Positions 12,229 through 26,716 of a DNA stretch of 64,000 nucleotides are shown in pieces. The translations under genes and the position numbers were made by a program. Below the pieces are notes generated by a model, which had not been told where the DNA came from, searched no databases, and saw nothing but the letters and a program-made list of their open reading frames with translations. Position 1 is the stretch's first letter. Each line of letters begins with the position of its first letter. The DNA comes from Octopus vulgaris (Eukaryota), in assembly GCA_951406725.2 (NCBI GenBank), contig OX597814.1, positions 184,264,001-184,328,000 on the forward strand, read 5' to 3'.

Positions 12229-12808
12229 CTGAGTCATATACGCACATTTACATACATGGCTTAGATATATGCAGCCTGCCGCCCTTTTACAAGTGTCCGC
12301 AACACACTGCTTCATTTATATATTGTACTTTCAAAGCGTTATCAAATAAATTAAAAATAGAAAATTTGTTTCTTTTCTAAAATCGGAGACTGTTATTGAT
12401 AAATCTATATCTAAATGCTATTTACATTGTTAAGGAAGGTTAAGAAGGAACTAAACCAGCTAAAATGACGTCAGCTGATGTACTTGATAAAGAGAGCGAA
12501 GTAATTTTGAAGTTTTCTTTGCTTACAATTACGCCAAACCGGTGGCTGTGGGCTAATTTAAAAGTGGGCAAATTTAAAAGTGCATCATAATAATGTAAAA
12601 TGAATTGTATTACTAGAAAGCTGTATTGTCTACTGCTGCTATAGTGCAACCATTTCTCAGTAGTATTTCTTGTGGGGATTACAGCAGAAACAAACAGAGG
12701 GAAATACAAATTGTTAAAAAGAGAGAAGACAGAAATATTTCTATTGTCTCTTGAAGTAGTTGTGGCATTGTACACACCCAATTTGAAAGTTTTCACTTTT
12801 AACCATTT

Positions 12809-14745
12809 CATGGCTTCGAAGAGAAATGTATTTCTGAAGTGTGCCATGTACTTTTTCGTTGAAATAAATGGAAAACCAACACGTTTGATTTGCTTTGCAG
12901 CATTTAACTTTGGTCAAACAATATTACATCCGAAATTTAAGGAGTTGAAGTGGTTAGTCAAAAAAAAAAAATTTTTTTTAAATAGTTAAAGCCTATTAAA
13001 GTGGCAAGCCGGAAAAATCTTTAGCATGGCGGGTGAAATAATTAGCGGCATTTCGTCTATCTTCATGTTCTAAGTTCAAAATTACCGAAGTCAAATTTAC
13101 ATTTAATTTTTCCGGTCGATAACATAACTGCCTGTTCAATACTTGGTCGAAGTAATCGACTTATCTCTTCACCCGAAATTTAGGGCTTTGTGCCAAAATT
13201 TGGAACCAATATTTAACCTACTCATCTTGTCACAAATGTTGCATTTCAAGCACAAGTTATGGATTTGTCCATGAAATAGCTGTGTCATCGAAGTCTTTTC
13301 CAGAAAGGCGTTTTATAAAGAAATGCATGTTGACAGTTGCTAAGTTTATTTCCCCGAAAATCTGTGAAACACTTGCAATTATATGACTCCTTAATATGCC
13401 GTTGCAATAAGGAGTGTTTAATTATCAAAGCATGTTAAAAGTCAAATGGAATACAGAGATCAGTTGCAAGTTTTTGTTTCAATAGGCAAAATTACGGAAA
13501 TGAATGATTTGACACAGCATACAACCTACAAGTATGATGTAGATAAGAACATGCATGTAATATAAGAATCTTGTGTGCTGTTATCAATGAATGGAACAGA
13601 GGGTAAGATCTTTGTGATTTTATTAGGCACCCTAAATGAAATAAGTATTTAATGGGCTCATATTGTAAGTTTTGTTTCAGAAGGCGTACGGCTAATGATT
13701 CGTTGAAAAGTTGACGTGACAGCTAAATTATAGGAAAACCTGCTAACCGTGAACTCCAGCCGTCAATTTTATAATGTTCATTGCATTATTCTGAGGAAAA
13801 TATTGAACATTGTTCAATGTTGTAAACGTTGTTATAAAAGGAGTGAATTGCATATGGGTGTGAAGCCAACTGCGTCTTAGGAAAGATGTATAACAAATAT
13901 GGACTGCTGTATCACACGGATGATTAGTAGTTAACTCTCCGAATCTTACGAAATCAAGTTTATTACCTGTGATGAAGAACAGAGATTATTCGTCAGGAAT
14001 TTTGAGAAATGCACGTGATCTAGTGTTCATTGTAGCAACGGTAGAACATTTCAACTACCGGAATCTAATAAAGCTGTCAAGATGCAATACATTGATGACA
14101 GATTCGATTGCATTTTGAGATGAACTTAACCTTTTTGAACGTCGACTATTAGCTAGTATTGTTACACAATTTCCAGCCTTGAAGTCCTTCCAAGTCACAT
14201 ATATTTTACATCATCAAGATTTACAAATCAATGAATTCCATGAAAAAAATTTCCACTTACATATATCGTTTCAATGCTTTAGGGCCTGACTTATGTTGGA
14301 ATTATCATGGTATGAGAATGTTTCTAATGTAATTCGGTGTTCAGGAACAACTTTTCAAGTACCAATTGTGGAACATTTTATGAATTGCATGAAGAAATAT
14401 ATCCTAGGTTTAAAACTGGCTCTGATGATTATGTTCATATTCGCAAGAAAATACTTTTACGAACAATTATATTTTGCAAAATATTCGATACTGAAATTAA
14501 CAACAGCTCAGGAACCAAACATTTGGTACACTAGTCATGTGTCGCCTTTTTGTCTACTCCAAGAAAAACCCAGCAACAGGGAGCAGTAGTACAAGATGGG
14601 TAACTAATTAATCATAGGAGTTTATACTCACGATTTTTGTTATTTATTTCTTATTGCCTACATAATATGCTATTGTAAATTATGTATAATCATATATATT
14701 CCAGTTATATCTGGTCTGCCAATAACAAATGAGTTTGACCCCTTC
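12809..14745 (+). pseudogene. Decayed hAT transposase, SPIN/Buster (GTF2IRD2-like)
   Basis: Motifs appear in the expected order across frames: MASKR..YFFVEINGKPTRLIC (zinc-finger start), FIKKCML, HCII, YGLLYHT, DLVF and FGT..C. A hAT-like end ATGAGTTTGACCCC lies near 14740. Many stops and frameshifts. Confidence 0.75.
12998..13210 (+). mobile_element. Old SINE family B variant inserted in the hAT relic
   Basis: TTAGCGGCATTTCGTCT..GTTCTAAGTTCAAA.. with the alternative tail CTTTGTGCCAAAATTTGGAACC. Confidence 0.7.
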
Positions 14746-15236
14746 CATTAAGTACATGTTTTCGAGAAAGAGATTTGACATGAGTTCGTATGTTGAAACT
14801 AGTAGAAGTACATCTTACAAAAAATCATGACAGTCATAAAAGAAAACGAATATATATTTACTATTAACTGCGACCTGGTAAATACACAATCAGAATTTTA
14901 ACAGGTTTCACTAGATATACAACGGTTGTTTTGAGATTTTGTAGAGTACGATACTATTACAAAGTAGCTAAAACATAACGTGTTTATTAAAAACATTATC
15001 ATAACATCGCCACTATGTAATTGGTATATCGACAAATATATATGCATGCATACAAAGTTGTTTCAATACAATCTTGTATTTTTGCAAAGGAAAAAATCTC
15101 TTTGAAGAGATATTTGACTGTACTTATATTTGTCAAGCATGATCTAGTGGATAAAAGAATTTCTTGAGATGTAGTGTACTCCATACCGAACAAAGATGCA
15201 AAGTAAATACATGCATGCCTGCATCCACTAGACAAT

Positions 15237-15600
<364 letters not shown>

Positions 15601-16004
15601 TGCATACATAAGCATATATGTATGCATTTGTATATAAGTGTATATGTTCGTGTGTATCCATGCTGGATACGCGTGTATAAGCTATGACTTCATTCAAATC
15701 CAGTTTCATAAAATGTAATGGGAACACATGCTACTTCTCTTCGCATAAATAACGCATTTAACAAAATTTGCATACTTCTTTCCCTAGCCTGGATGCATAC
15801 TTATTAGCATGCACACATATCCAGTCACATAGGCACACGCACGCACGCACACACATACGCACACGCACACATATACTCATATAAAGACACACACAGACAC
15901 ACGCGCATACATACGCATGTTTTTTTCTCTCTCTCTCTAAATAGTTATGTGTGTTTTGTATGCATGTATATGCGCGTATGCGTGCAAAAAAGAGGAAATG
16001 ATAT

Positions 16005-16032
16005 ACATTATATATATATATATATATACATG

Positions 16033-16077
<45 letters not shown>

Positions 16078-16243
16078 GCATACATATATATATATATATA
16101 TATATACATGCATACATATATATATATATATATATATACATGCATACATATATATATATATACATGCATACATACATATATATATATATACATGCATACA
16201 TACATATATATAGATATATATATATATGTATACATACATACAT

Positions 16244-16289
<46 letters not shown>

Positions 16290-16325
16290 ATATATATATG
16301 TATGTATTTATATATATATGCATAG
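16005..16325. repeat. (TA)n array punctuated by recurrent CATGCATACA
   Basis: About five higher-order units, read directly. Confidence 0.9.
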
Positions 16326-16667
16326 GAAGACAGAGAGCAGGAGAGAGAAATAGATAGATACATGGTTAGATAGATATTTGCAACACTAACCTGTGGCCAA
16401 TGAGCCGTGTGTAGATTGAACGTTGGTGCAAATTATTTCTGTCTACAAGAATGGTTTAGACAGAAAATTAAATTTCCACTTAAGTGCTTTTAATTCCACT
16501 TTCGATTATTACAATGGAAAACATCTGCTACGTCGATTCAAAATGAACAGAGACACACGCATACACGCGCGTGTATATACACATGAGTGCACACAGGCCC
16601 ACACAAAAGCACAATTGCACACATGCATACAGTTACAAATATTGCTACCTATGGCAATAAGCAGGTA

Positions 16668-16669
<2 letters not shown>

Positions 16670-16713
<44 letters not shown>

Positions 16714-16822
16714 AGTGTATATATGTATAGATACACACACACTGATATATATATACGTATATATATATATATCTACATAAGTGTATATATGTATAGATAC
16801 ACACACATTGACATATATATAC

Positions 16823-16863
<41 letters not shown>

Positions 16864-16945
16864 CATAAGTGTATATATGTATAGATACACACATACACTG
16901 ACATATATATATATATGTATATGTATATATTTATATATATCTACA
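16670..16945. repeat. Minisatellite, unit ACATAAGTGTATATATGTATAGATACACACACACTGA(TA)n x3
   Basis: Units start near 16709, 16775 and 16863. Confidence 0.85.
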
Positions 16946-17659
16946 CACATGTGGGTGTGAATATGTTCACACACACACACACACATATATATATACATAC
17001 ATAAATACATACATATACACATAGGCGCGTCTATATATACTTGCGCATAACCACATTTATAACTATCGATGTGTCTATCTATCGACAGATCTCAATGCAT
17101 CTATCCATCCATCTGTGTATGTGCTCTGAGAGAGTGGGCTTATATACCAATACATATTCTGTGTGAAAGTATATATGTATGTATGTGCGTATATATATAT
17201 ATATATAAATATATAGCTATATATATAAATATATATGAAGAGATGGAGTGAGACAGGGAGATGGAGACAAATAGAGAGAAAGGAGAAAAAGTGTGAACTA
17301 AACTTACAGCAGAAATTTGTGAATGCTTATTGATCTATGTGTGTGGTATTTTAACTAGGTTTGTGTGGTTAAATATCTATATCAGAAGTAGCTAGACAAC
17401 TTTTCTATTGGAATCACCAGGATGAGCACATTTAGAAGCTACGGTTATTGATACACACCTACTTATATATCAAGCATAGAGTGGATTATTCAAGATAGAG
17501 GAATAGGTTAAGTATATATAAAGTTAATGGCATAAATATAATCATTTATTTATTATTACGTTTACTTTATATTATGCTTTTGTGAGCAATAGTGTCGTTG
17601 TTTTATAGGTTTCCAATGTCTCAACCATTAACCACTTTATTATTTTGATTACGTGTGTG

Positions 17660-18230
17660 TCAAGTCTTTGTTCTTACAATTCGTGTTGAACAACATAGTG
17701 CAAGGCATTCTCTCCGATCTCGTGTCTGTGTTTGTCTCCATCCTTCTCTAATTCCCTTTTTTTACCAACCTCCTTCACCGTTTACAATCTGTCCATTTTC
17801 TCTCCCCTCTTTCTCTTTTACTCTCTCTCTCTCGTTGATCACACGCGACCATCGCCCATCTTTCTTTTCCTCATGTGACCATCTTTTTTTCCTGCACGGA
17901 TGTTCAAAAGAATGGATGGTTTGTTTTGTTTCTCTCTCGCTCTCTCTTCTATCTTTTCTCTTTTCAAAAAAATGTTTCCACAGCGTTCGCAATTTTCCTC
18001 TCCTTGTATGTCTCCACTGTCATGTTTTTGTTCCCAACTTTGACCATCCATAAATCTTAAATTTTATTTTAGAATTTATGGGAGCAACTGTCTTCGAAGA
18101 CGCATATGCTCGAAATGAGGAGTAGAAAGAGAGACGACATCTGTTGAAGGGTCCTTTCTCTCTGTTTACTTGTCCTGTTTTCCACTTTTTCTCGTTGTTT
18201 ACTTATTTAACTCGCTTGTTTATGTATTTC
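17660..18230 (+). mobile_element. Probable Penelope-like 3' remnant (degenerate)
   Basis: CT-rich tract followed by a degenerate hammerhead-like GTCTTCGAAGACGCATATGCTCGAAATG near 18090. Downstream sequence resembles the 43446/49047 family. Confidence 0.35.
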
Positions 18231-18271
18231 ATGGTGTTTGCACAGTTGGTGATGTCCTGTACCCATATATG

Positions 18272-18668
<397 letters not shown>

Positions 18669-19549
18669 GACCCTGGCACTCGGGCTGTTCGGGCGTAGCC
18701 CGAGTAAAAATTTAGTAAAATGAACGTGTATTTGCAAACCTATGTAATTTTCGCCAACACTGATTTCAAATATGTAATTGCAGCCAATAACTCGGGCTCC
18801 TTTTATTGAGCCTGGTCGCAGTTCATTTATTTTCCTTCAGGGTCTGGCAGTCGTCTTAGAGCTGCCCTGTGTCAAAAAAATATCATTTGTAGCAGACGTT
18901 CTCACGACATCGTTCACACACGCCTGAATGGACTCAGAAGTTATTGCCGGCGTTGTTATATATAATTGTTAAAATTAAAAGTAATTCAAATTCAATGTTT
19001 TCTTGAAATAATAAATTTCTATAGAGATTAAGATTTAAATTCTAATCTCTGAAATATCTCCATTCGACAATATTCTTAAAGGAACAAAATTTTTATCTAG
19101 CAACTCGGGTTAATTACGAACGAGCCTAGTAGCCGAAAAGGACTAACTGACATCTCTTGTCAAGAGTACAGGCGACAGTCAGATCGGTGATGTTTGTTGT
19201 GCATTCTGCTTTCATTATTTGATTGCTGTTATTCTGTGTCTATGCGTAAAGATCAGTTGTTTTCTGCAGGGTTGCCGTATGTTTCCTCTTAATTTAAAAA
19301 TGGAGAAAGATATAGTGCTAGATATAAAAAGAATAAGCCATTGGGGCTAAAAATATTGCGGAAATAAGTGAGGCATTCTTTCGTTAGAAGCAGCAAAGTT
19401 GCTTACTGTTAAACTATCCGTGTATATTTAAGTCTGCGGTGTGCATTACGTCTGTTACCTTCTTTTGTACGTGTCTTATACTAAATATGCAATGAGCCCG
19501 ACTGATGCTGATGACCTGGAGTCGCCTCTGCTAAACATATACATACATA

Positions 19550-19835
19550 CAGTGGGGGTGGAAATAAATATTCGTACATGTCAAAATTCTTTATTTATTT
19601 AATTTCTAATGAACCTAAATGGGATATACCAATACGAATACTTTTTTCACCCCTAAATATTTATAATTGAATATAAGTTCCATAGTTACTATAATTTATT
19701 AGTTTCTTTTGCATATTCTTAGTTTATTGATGTGTATGCAAATATAGTATTGGTATATCCCATTTATGTTCATTAGAAATTAGATAAATGAAGAATTTTT
19801 GACATGTACGAATATTTATTCCCCCACCCCCACTG
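19550..19835. mobile_element. Tc1-type MITE, 286 bp
   Basis: TA|CAGTGGGGGTGGAAATAAATATTCGTACATGTCAAAA... and its reverse complement ending CCCCCACTG|TA. TIRs about 85 bp, TA TSD. Confidence 0.9.
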
Positions 19836-20970
19836 TACATACATACATACACACACACACTCACACACACATATATACGCATATATGTATATATATTTAG
19901 AGAGAGAAACACACTCACACATATATTGAGATCATAATACTTTATATAAAGTTCAGGAGAATAAGAAATTACTTGTTTTCTTTTTGTTTGGAATTCCCGT
20001 ATATATATATATATATATATATATACGGCTGAATGGACACACGAAAGAAGGTGGTCACACGAACGAAAGAAAGTGGCACTCCACTCATTTAATAGAATTA
20101 CATATACTATTATTTAAAATATAAAGAAAATACTGGGTAACAGCGCTAAGCAAACATGTGCATTAATATAAACTTGTCAGTTCAAATATGTTAAAGGTAC
20201 ATTTGAACTCGCTAGAAAGCCATTCACTTGCCATGGAGAAAATTTCTCACTGTAAATACACCGGTTTGCGTATTTGTCTGGAAAAACATGTATGTATGCC
20301 TGCTTGTGATTTCACATGCTGTGTGTGAGTTTGTATGTACACACACACACACGCTCACACACACGCACACACACATATATATATATAAATTATACAATTT
20401 TATGTAGAGATTGTTAACTTTAACAATACTCAGAAACAGGCTAGAGTCGAAGTGTTCGAGTTGAGCTAAGTTCCAATTTATAATTTGAATGGAGGCAATA
20501 CCAGCGGAAAACTAGAAGAACATGACCTATTATCCAATATAATCTTCAATATATATGTACTTTCTTCGACATTAATAAATCGATATAAAGTTCGAGGTAA
20601 TACAGTATTAACAACATACAAGTATATAAACATATAAATATTTAAAAATTAAAAATACGCAAATATTTAAAAATATTTAAAAATATCAAAAATTACGTAG
20701 GCATTTTAAAAATATATAAATACATAAATAGATATTAAAAAAACGTCGATATGATATACGATAAAAACTCGTAGGTATTTAAAAATATTTAAAAATACAT
20801 ATATAAATATGCAGGCAAAATAGAAAACATCAATATAATATAAGACTTATTGAATTATTAATTCACACGATAATTATTAATTCAAACGATAATATACAAG
20901 GTAATAACGATTCACAAGTGACAACACGGAGTCCAGTGGAAAGTTTGAAATTATAAAACATTAAAAGGAC

Positions 20971-21184
20971 ATACTAATACACGAAGATAATGTTCCATCG
21001 ACGGGCCGTTTCAGAGACGTGTCAGATAATATGACATAAATTTCATATTTCAATGAAACATACACTTCCCTCATCAATCAGGATGCTTCACAACACTAAA
21101 GACACAATGAAAGGGATGAGGAGAGTGTCTGTGTCATTCTCCGAAACGGCCCGTCGATGGAACATTATCTTCTTGTATTAGTAT
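20971..21184. mobile_element. Two divergently oriented hammerhead-like motifs with 47-bp inverted arms (Penelope-like end)
   Basis: 20971-21017 is the reverse complement of 21138-21184 with 2 mismatches. Both copies carry GATGAG-stem II-GAAAC-GGCCC-GTC-GATGG. Confidence 0.6.
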
Positions 21185-21189
21185 CATAT

Positions 21190-21580
21190 AATCCTTTCTA
21201 CTAAAGTTGCAAGGCCTGAATTGAAATCTGGTGGGAAGGGAAAGACAATGACATCGACCCCAGTATTCCACTGGTACTTAATTTATCGACCCCAAAAGGG
21301 TGAAAGGTAAAGTCAACGTCGGCGGAATTTGAACTCAGAAGGTAGCGACGGGCGAAGTACCGCTAAGCATTTCGTCCAGCATTTCTGCTAGCTCACTGCT
21401 AGCTCACTGCCCTAAATATATAATAGTAATAAGAATCCCTTCTGCTAATAGCACAAGACATAGAATTTAGAGGAGAGGTAGTAAATCGATCACATCGACC
21501 CCAGTACTTGACTGGTACTTAATTTATCGATTCCGAAAGGATGAAAGGCAAAGTCGACCTTGGCGGAATTTGAACTCAGT
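21190..21580 (-). mobile_element. Two adjacent SINE family B variants
   Basis: ATCGACCCCAGTA..CTGGTACTTAATTTATCGA..GAAAGG.AAAGTC..GGCGGAATTTGAACTCAG occurs twice. Confidence 0.8.
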
Positions 21581-22249
21581 ACAGAGTGACAGGCCGTAGT
21601 ACCAAAATAAAGAAACATTGGTGGAGGATTGCGCTCTCTGAGTGCACTTATATTATTAGTAGTAGTAGTATTATCATAAACAGAAAGGAGTTCCGCAAGA
21701 AAACCCACACCCGAAGAACCCCGAGATATAATGATATGTACAGTAGTGGCCGAACAAAAGCATAGTGGCTCTTAAACGCGCGTAAAGAGGTTTTTACCCT
21801 AAATACATAAAACAAATATAATACGTATATGCTCAGTGCTAGTTGCTCATGTTGAATTTTGTATTTAAGAATTGATCACTCATCCAGGCCTCTACTGAAT
21901 GAGGGGATTATTATTAGAATAATATAAAAGTTAAACCAGAGAAATTTCAGTATCACATGTTTATGTTTGTGATTTTATATATTGATAAAATCCTTTATCA
22001 CATAACACTCTCTTCAGAAGAGGATTTTTCTGAGCCTGTGTGGAAAACAAAGATTGTATATCTACTTTCTAGAAATCCCCCAATTCTTGAAATCTCACTC
22101 TGTCTTCAGTAAAAAAAAAAAAAAAAAGAAACGTGAAATAATCTTTCTCATTATAGTTTTAATTACATAAATATTCATTGATAATAAAATATATGATAAC
22201 GATGGCTTTAAATATTCATTGATACAATATCATAAGTATTTGATATCAT

Positions 22250-22580
22250 AAGCCAGTGAGCTGGTAGAAGAGTTACCTCTTCGTACAAAATGGTTAGCGG
22301 CATTTCTTCCGGTTCTTTATATTCTGAGTTCAAATTCTGCCGAGGTCAGCTACGCCTTTCATCGATAAAATAAAGTACAATCAAGTACTGCATAAATTAA
22401 AGTACAAGCAAGTGATGCTGAGTGGCATTTCGACCGCCTATATGTCCTGCGTTGGGATTCCACTGAAGTGAACTTTATCTTTTAACATTTCAGCATGGAT
22501 GAAATAATTAGCAGATTAGCACTGTGATCGATGTAATCCCCCCCCCATCAAAGCTGCTTGCTTTGAGCCTAATTTGAAAC
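22250..22580 (+). mobile_element. Degenerate SINE family B fragments (two)
   Basis: GAGCTGGTAGA..TTAGCGGCATTTC..TTCTGAGTTCAAATTCTGCCGAGGTC..GCCTTTCATC. Confidence 0.65.
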
Positions 22581-22781
22581 GATTATTAGATATAGTAGAG
22601 AATGGTACTTCCGCAGTTTGTATACTTTTGGTTTGAGATCTAAAGTACAAAACCAAGATCTCATAGGGGCGATTGTGGGAGCCTCTACCAAGTTGGCTAA
22701 TATGAATAAGCAAATCTCCTTCACATTACACGTTGCCATCTGAAAATAATGGAAAGGCACAGGGAATAATGTGATATAAAA

Positions 22782-23168
22782 CTAGCAGTATCGCCCGGCG
22801 TTGCTCGGGTTTGTAAGGGAAATAACTATATAAGCATTTTTAGAGAGTTATAGCAAAAAAATAGCAAAAAAATGCATTAAAAATGGAAAAAAAAATGATG
22901 GTAAATTTTTTTAAATCGTTGACTCATCGTAGACATTTTTAGAGAGTTACTTCCCTTATATAATAGCAAAAAAATGCATTAAAATGGAAAAAAATGATGG
23001 TAAATTTTTTTTTAAATCGTAGACTCATCGTAGACCCAGAAGGGCTCGATATGAATCACGACTATATGATATAACCGGTTTTGGTTAAACTGCACCGCAA
23101 AATGTGGGAGTAGTTAGGAATCTAAATCGTAGGAGACAGACACACAACTTGACTTTTATATATAAAGA
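22782..23168 (-). mobile_element. Non-autonomous Helitron (second subfamily, internal ~100-bp tandem duplication)
   Basis: Minus strand A|TCTTTATATATAAAAG ... CCCGAGCAACGCCGGGCGATACTGCTAG|T gives TC/CTAG termini, a subterminal hairpin, an A-T target and no TSD. Confidence 0.85.
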
Positions 23169-24395
23169 TGTGTCTCCTATAAGGAATATGTTTCATTCTG
23201 ACGATCACGTCCGCTAGGCATTTGAACTTTGATCCACTCGAGCAGGTTTGAATGGGTTAAAAGAACAACACATGTATCTCGTATAGCAGAAAACAATTTC
23301 TTTGGAAAACCAAACGAAATTTATTTTAGAAGCACCATACTTACGGAATAAATATAATCAGTAACGTCAATATTAGTAGAAATAGCGATTTTGTAGCGAA
23401 TGTAGTTAGTAGAAGAAGCTGTGTAGAAAGTTGGTCGACGTCTTCCAGCTACGAAAATCTTTTAGTTGACATAGAAACTGCGCTAACCCGCCACCCCAGT
23501 TTATTAGAAAATATCTCTGTATGTAATATACATTATTGGAAAACAAAACAAAAAAAAACAAAAAACGGATGTGATATCAGCAGTGACAGCAATATTGATG
23601 TACCGATAACAACAGTAGGGGTTTATGCGTGTTCATATATTCTAATAGAGAAAAACAGTCTTCGGCTACAAAAGAGAACTTTGCAGAAATCATGTAGTAG
23701 GTATAATACATTAGACTATCGAACAATTTCATTGAATCAAGGAAGAAGATGGTCGCCAAATTTATAATAGCGCCGGTTTGAGATCATCGTAAATATCCAA
23801 TCAGAAGTCATACCTCTGATAACGACTGAATATTAGCTATGTGCCAATATATGCACATGTGTGTATATATATGTATGTATGAGTGTGTGTATACATTCAC
23901 AAACCGACAAACACACGCATACAAATACACACAGACATATATACGTAAATACATCAATTTATGTGTATGCGTGTATAAAGAGAGAGAGAAAAAGTGAAAA
24001 AGAGAAACAAAATGATTATGAATATGTGTGTGCGTGCGTGTGTGTGTGTGTGTATTTTATGTATCATAGATTGCTTTATCCTATGATGCAAGTTATTTTA
24101 ATTCCTAACGTTGATAAATGTCTTCAGTGGTACTTTCACTAAACCAAATGTACAAAAAGAAAAAAAAAACAATGCCAGAAGAACACAAGAATATAAGACA
24201 TTGAACAAAATGATATCATTAATCACGCTGGCCAGCAAATGCATATGATTAGATCTCCCTCACACACGGCTCTTTCTTTCTTTCTTTCTTTCTTTGTATG
24301 TATGTTTATGTATATATATATATATGTATGTATACATATATATATGTATATATGTATATATATATGTGTGTGTGTGTGTATATATAATTTTATAT

Positions 24396-24439
<44 letters not shown>

Positions 24440-24831
24440 GAGAGAGACAGACAGAAATAGATAAATCTATCTTTCCATATAGTTGTCTCTCTTTGCTGCT
24501 GTCTCTCTCTCTCTCCGTCGCTTTTCCTCCGCTGTCCGCCATTTCTCTGTCCCGTCTTTCTATATATATATATGCATAATATGTACACACACACACACTC
24601 ACTCACACACAGCATTAATAAATATTTATCCAGATCACAGCGTGTGTTAAAAATCCCAATATAAATTTTAATTAGTCAACCTACAGTCTTTGGCGGAATC
24701 ACTGGGTTTTTAAACAATCGTGAATACATATCCTTAGACACCTATACTTGAACATGGGAGATTGTTCTTTATTTCACGGTTTGTTGACCACTCAACAGAT
24801 GAAAAGTATGTGCTCATACAATACATAGGTG

Positions 24832-24877
24832 CATACATACATACATACATACATACATACATACATACATACATACA

Positions 24878-24906
<29 letters not shown>
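24832..24906. repeat. (CATA)n microsatellite
   Basis: Read directly. Confidence 0.95.
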
Positions 24907-24908
<2 letters not shown>

Positions 24909-25989
24909 GTGAGTGCACGGATATGTGTGAACGTGCACATGCACAAGTGTTTGTATACAATCATATGAAAATGTTTATTTGTGCTTGTATCGAAAAAAGA
25001 AGTTGAGTATACACTGGGATTCGTGTAGAGTTTTTATGTAAATTTTTTTAAATACTTAACCTGTTTCACAGATTTTTCTGACTTTCAAATGTTGTGAGAG
25101 AAAGACATGGAGCTATGCTGCAACTGTCTTGCTCCTGGTTGGAATTCACAAAGTGTCTTGTTTTTATAGAGAGAACATGACTCAAATAAGTATCAGTTTT
25201 TTTATACGTTTTAATTAGTTGAGGATCATGACGTGATCAGGTTTTAGAAATTTTCGTAACTTCTCCGCTACGTCAGTTCCTTAATGACATGTGACAATAT
25301 GTTTGGCGTCGTTAGTTAAAGCTGTCACATATGTCAAATGTAGCACGGCAAAATCTCATAATTAGTAATAATCTTAGAAAATGTTGTAGGTTCCCCCCTC
25401 TGTCCGTGCGTTAATATGTGACAATATTTTTTACTCCGAAAATCAAGGTTGGCATGATTGAATGAACCTGCCTAGTGATAATTCCAAAATAAAGTTCTCT
25501 AAACTTAATCTAACAAGTTAGTGGACATAAGTTGTTTTTTTAATGCAATCTAGTGGTTGAATAGCCATTGTTTGTGCTTATGTATGCAAGCATGAAATTT
25601 TGCTATCAAATGCTTCTTTTCTAACCATTCAACACTTATGTGTATGTAGAATTTGCCAGTTAATAGTCGCAATTGTGTCCATAGTTTAGGGTGTTAGCTG
25701 TATAAATTCAACATGTCAAGCAGTAGAATGAGTTTGTGTGTGAATAGTTGTTCGTGAATGTAGTTTGTTGAAGTTTATTCAGTTTGGGATTGTACTTTTC
25801 TATGACTATATATTTTCTTTGTTTATCTGTGCTTGGACCGTGGTATTGGCTGAAAAAAGGTAAAGTGGAAAGACTTGAAACATGGGAGATTTATTTTTTG
25901 CACATATTTCTATGTATCCACTTAGTGGTATCTGCCTCATACTGGGGTCTCGTATTTGTTGTCTATGAACAGTAAGTCGATTTCTACGA

Positions 25990-26344
25990 GTGAGTTTTGC
26001 TTGATCTCGGGTTTCAGTTGCACAAGATCTCCTTGATTGTGTCGGGAACGAAGAAAGCTTTTTGAGAACCTTGCGTAGCCCTCTGAGCGGGTATTGCCAA
26101 GCTTTGGCAAAATTTGATGCAGGTTCTCTGCCCAAATTTCTCTGTCATGGTCAATACGACGATCTCACGCTACACAACTTCCTTCCAAACACTGCTGTAA
26201 ACAGCGGGAGTGAGCTAGACCGTTAAAACTTAGTGCACTTGCACACTAGAGTTTAAGCTCAATCTATGCCAAGCAGCTTTACTCTACGTGCTTTAGCTCC
26301 ATTACTATGGCAACAGTCCGGATACTTATTGTTCAGAGCAAGTT

Positions 26345-26345
<1 letters not shown>
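25990..26345 (-). mobile_element. Mariner-like relic, 5' end with N-terminal HTH fragment
   Basis: Minus strand from ~26148 reads MTEKFGQRTCIKFCQ.., like the mariner start EQRxCIKFC. A TIR-like AGTCCGGATACTT lies near 26315. Confidence 0.55.
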
Positions 26346-26376
<31 letters not shown>

Positions 26377-26652
26377 AACACGCGCGCACACGCACACACA
26401 AAAACACACACATGTTTGTATGTGCGTACGTTCGTGTATTTGTGTGTGTGTGTGTACATATATATACGTATATATACACACGGTTATATACGTATATGTA
26501 TGTTCATATCAATATATTCTTTCGTTCTGTTATTCGCTTCAGGCATGCAGCCGCATACGTATGTAAAAGGTATATTGATAGACAGAAAGATAGATTGATA
26601 TATACATACATACATACGTGTGTGAATATCCATATATAGATTATATGTATAG

Positions 26653-26716
<64 letters not shown>

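Noticed and set aside
25440-25770. Possible Penelope GIY-YIG remnant on the minus strand (INWQIL..C)
   Set aside because: Only a few residues match, which is not distinguishable from chance without a search.
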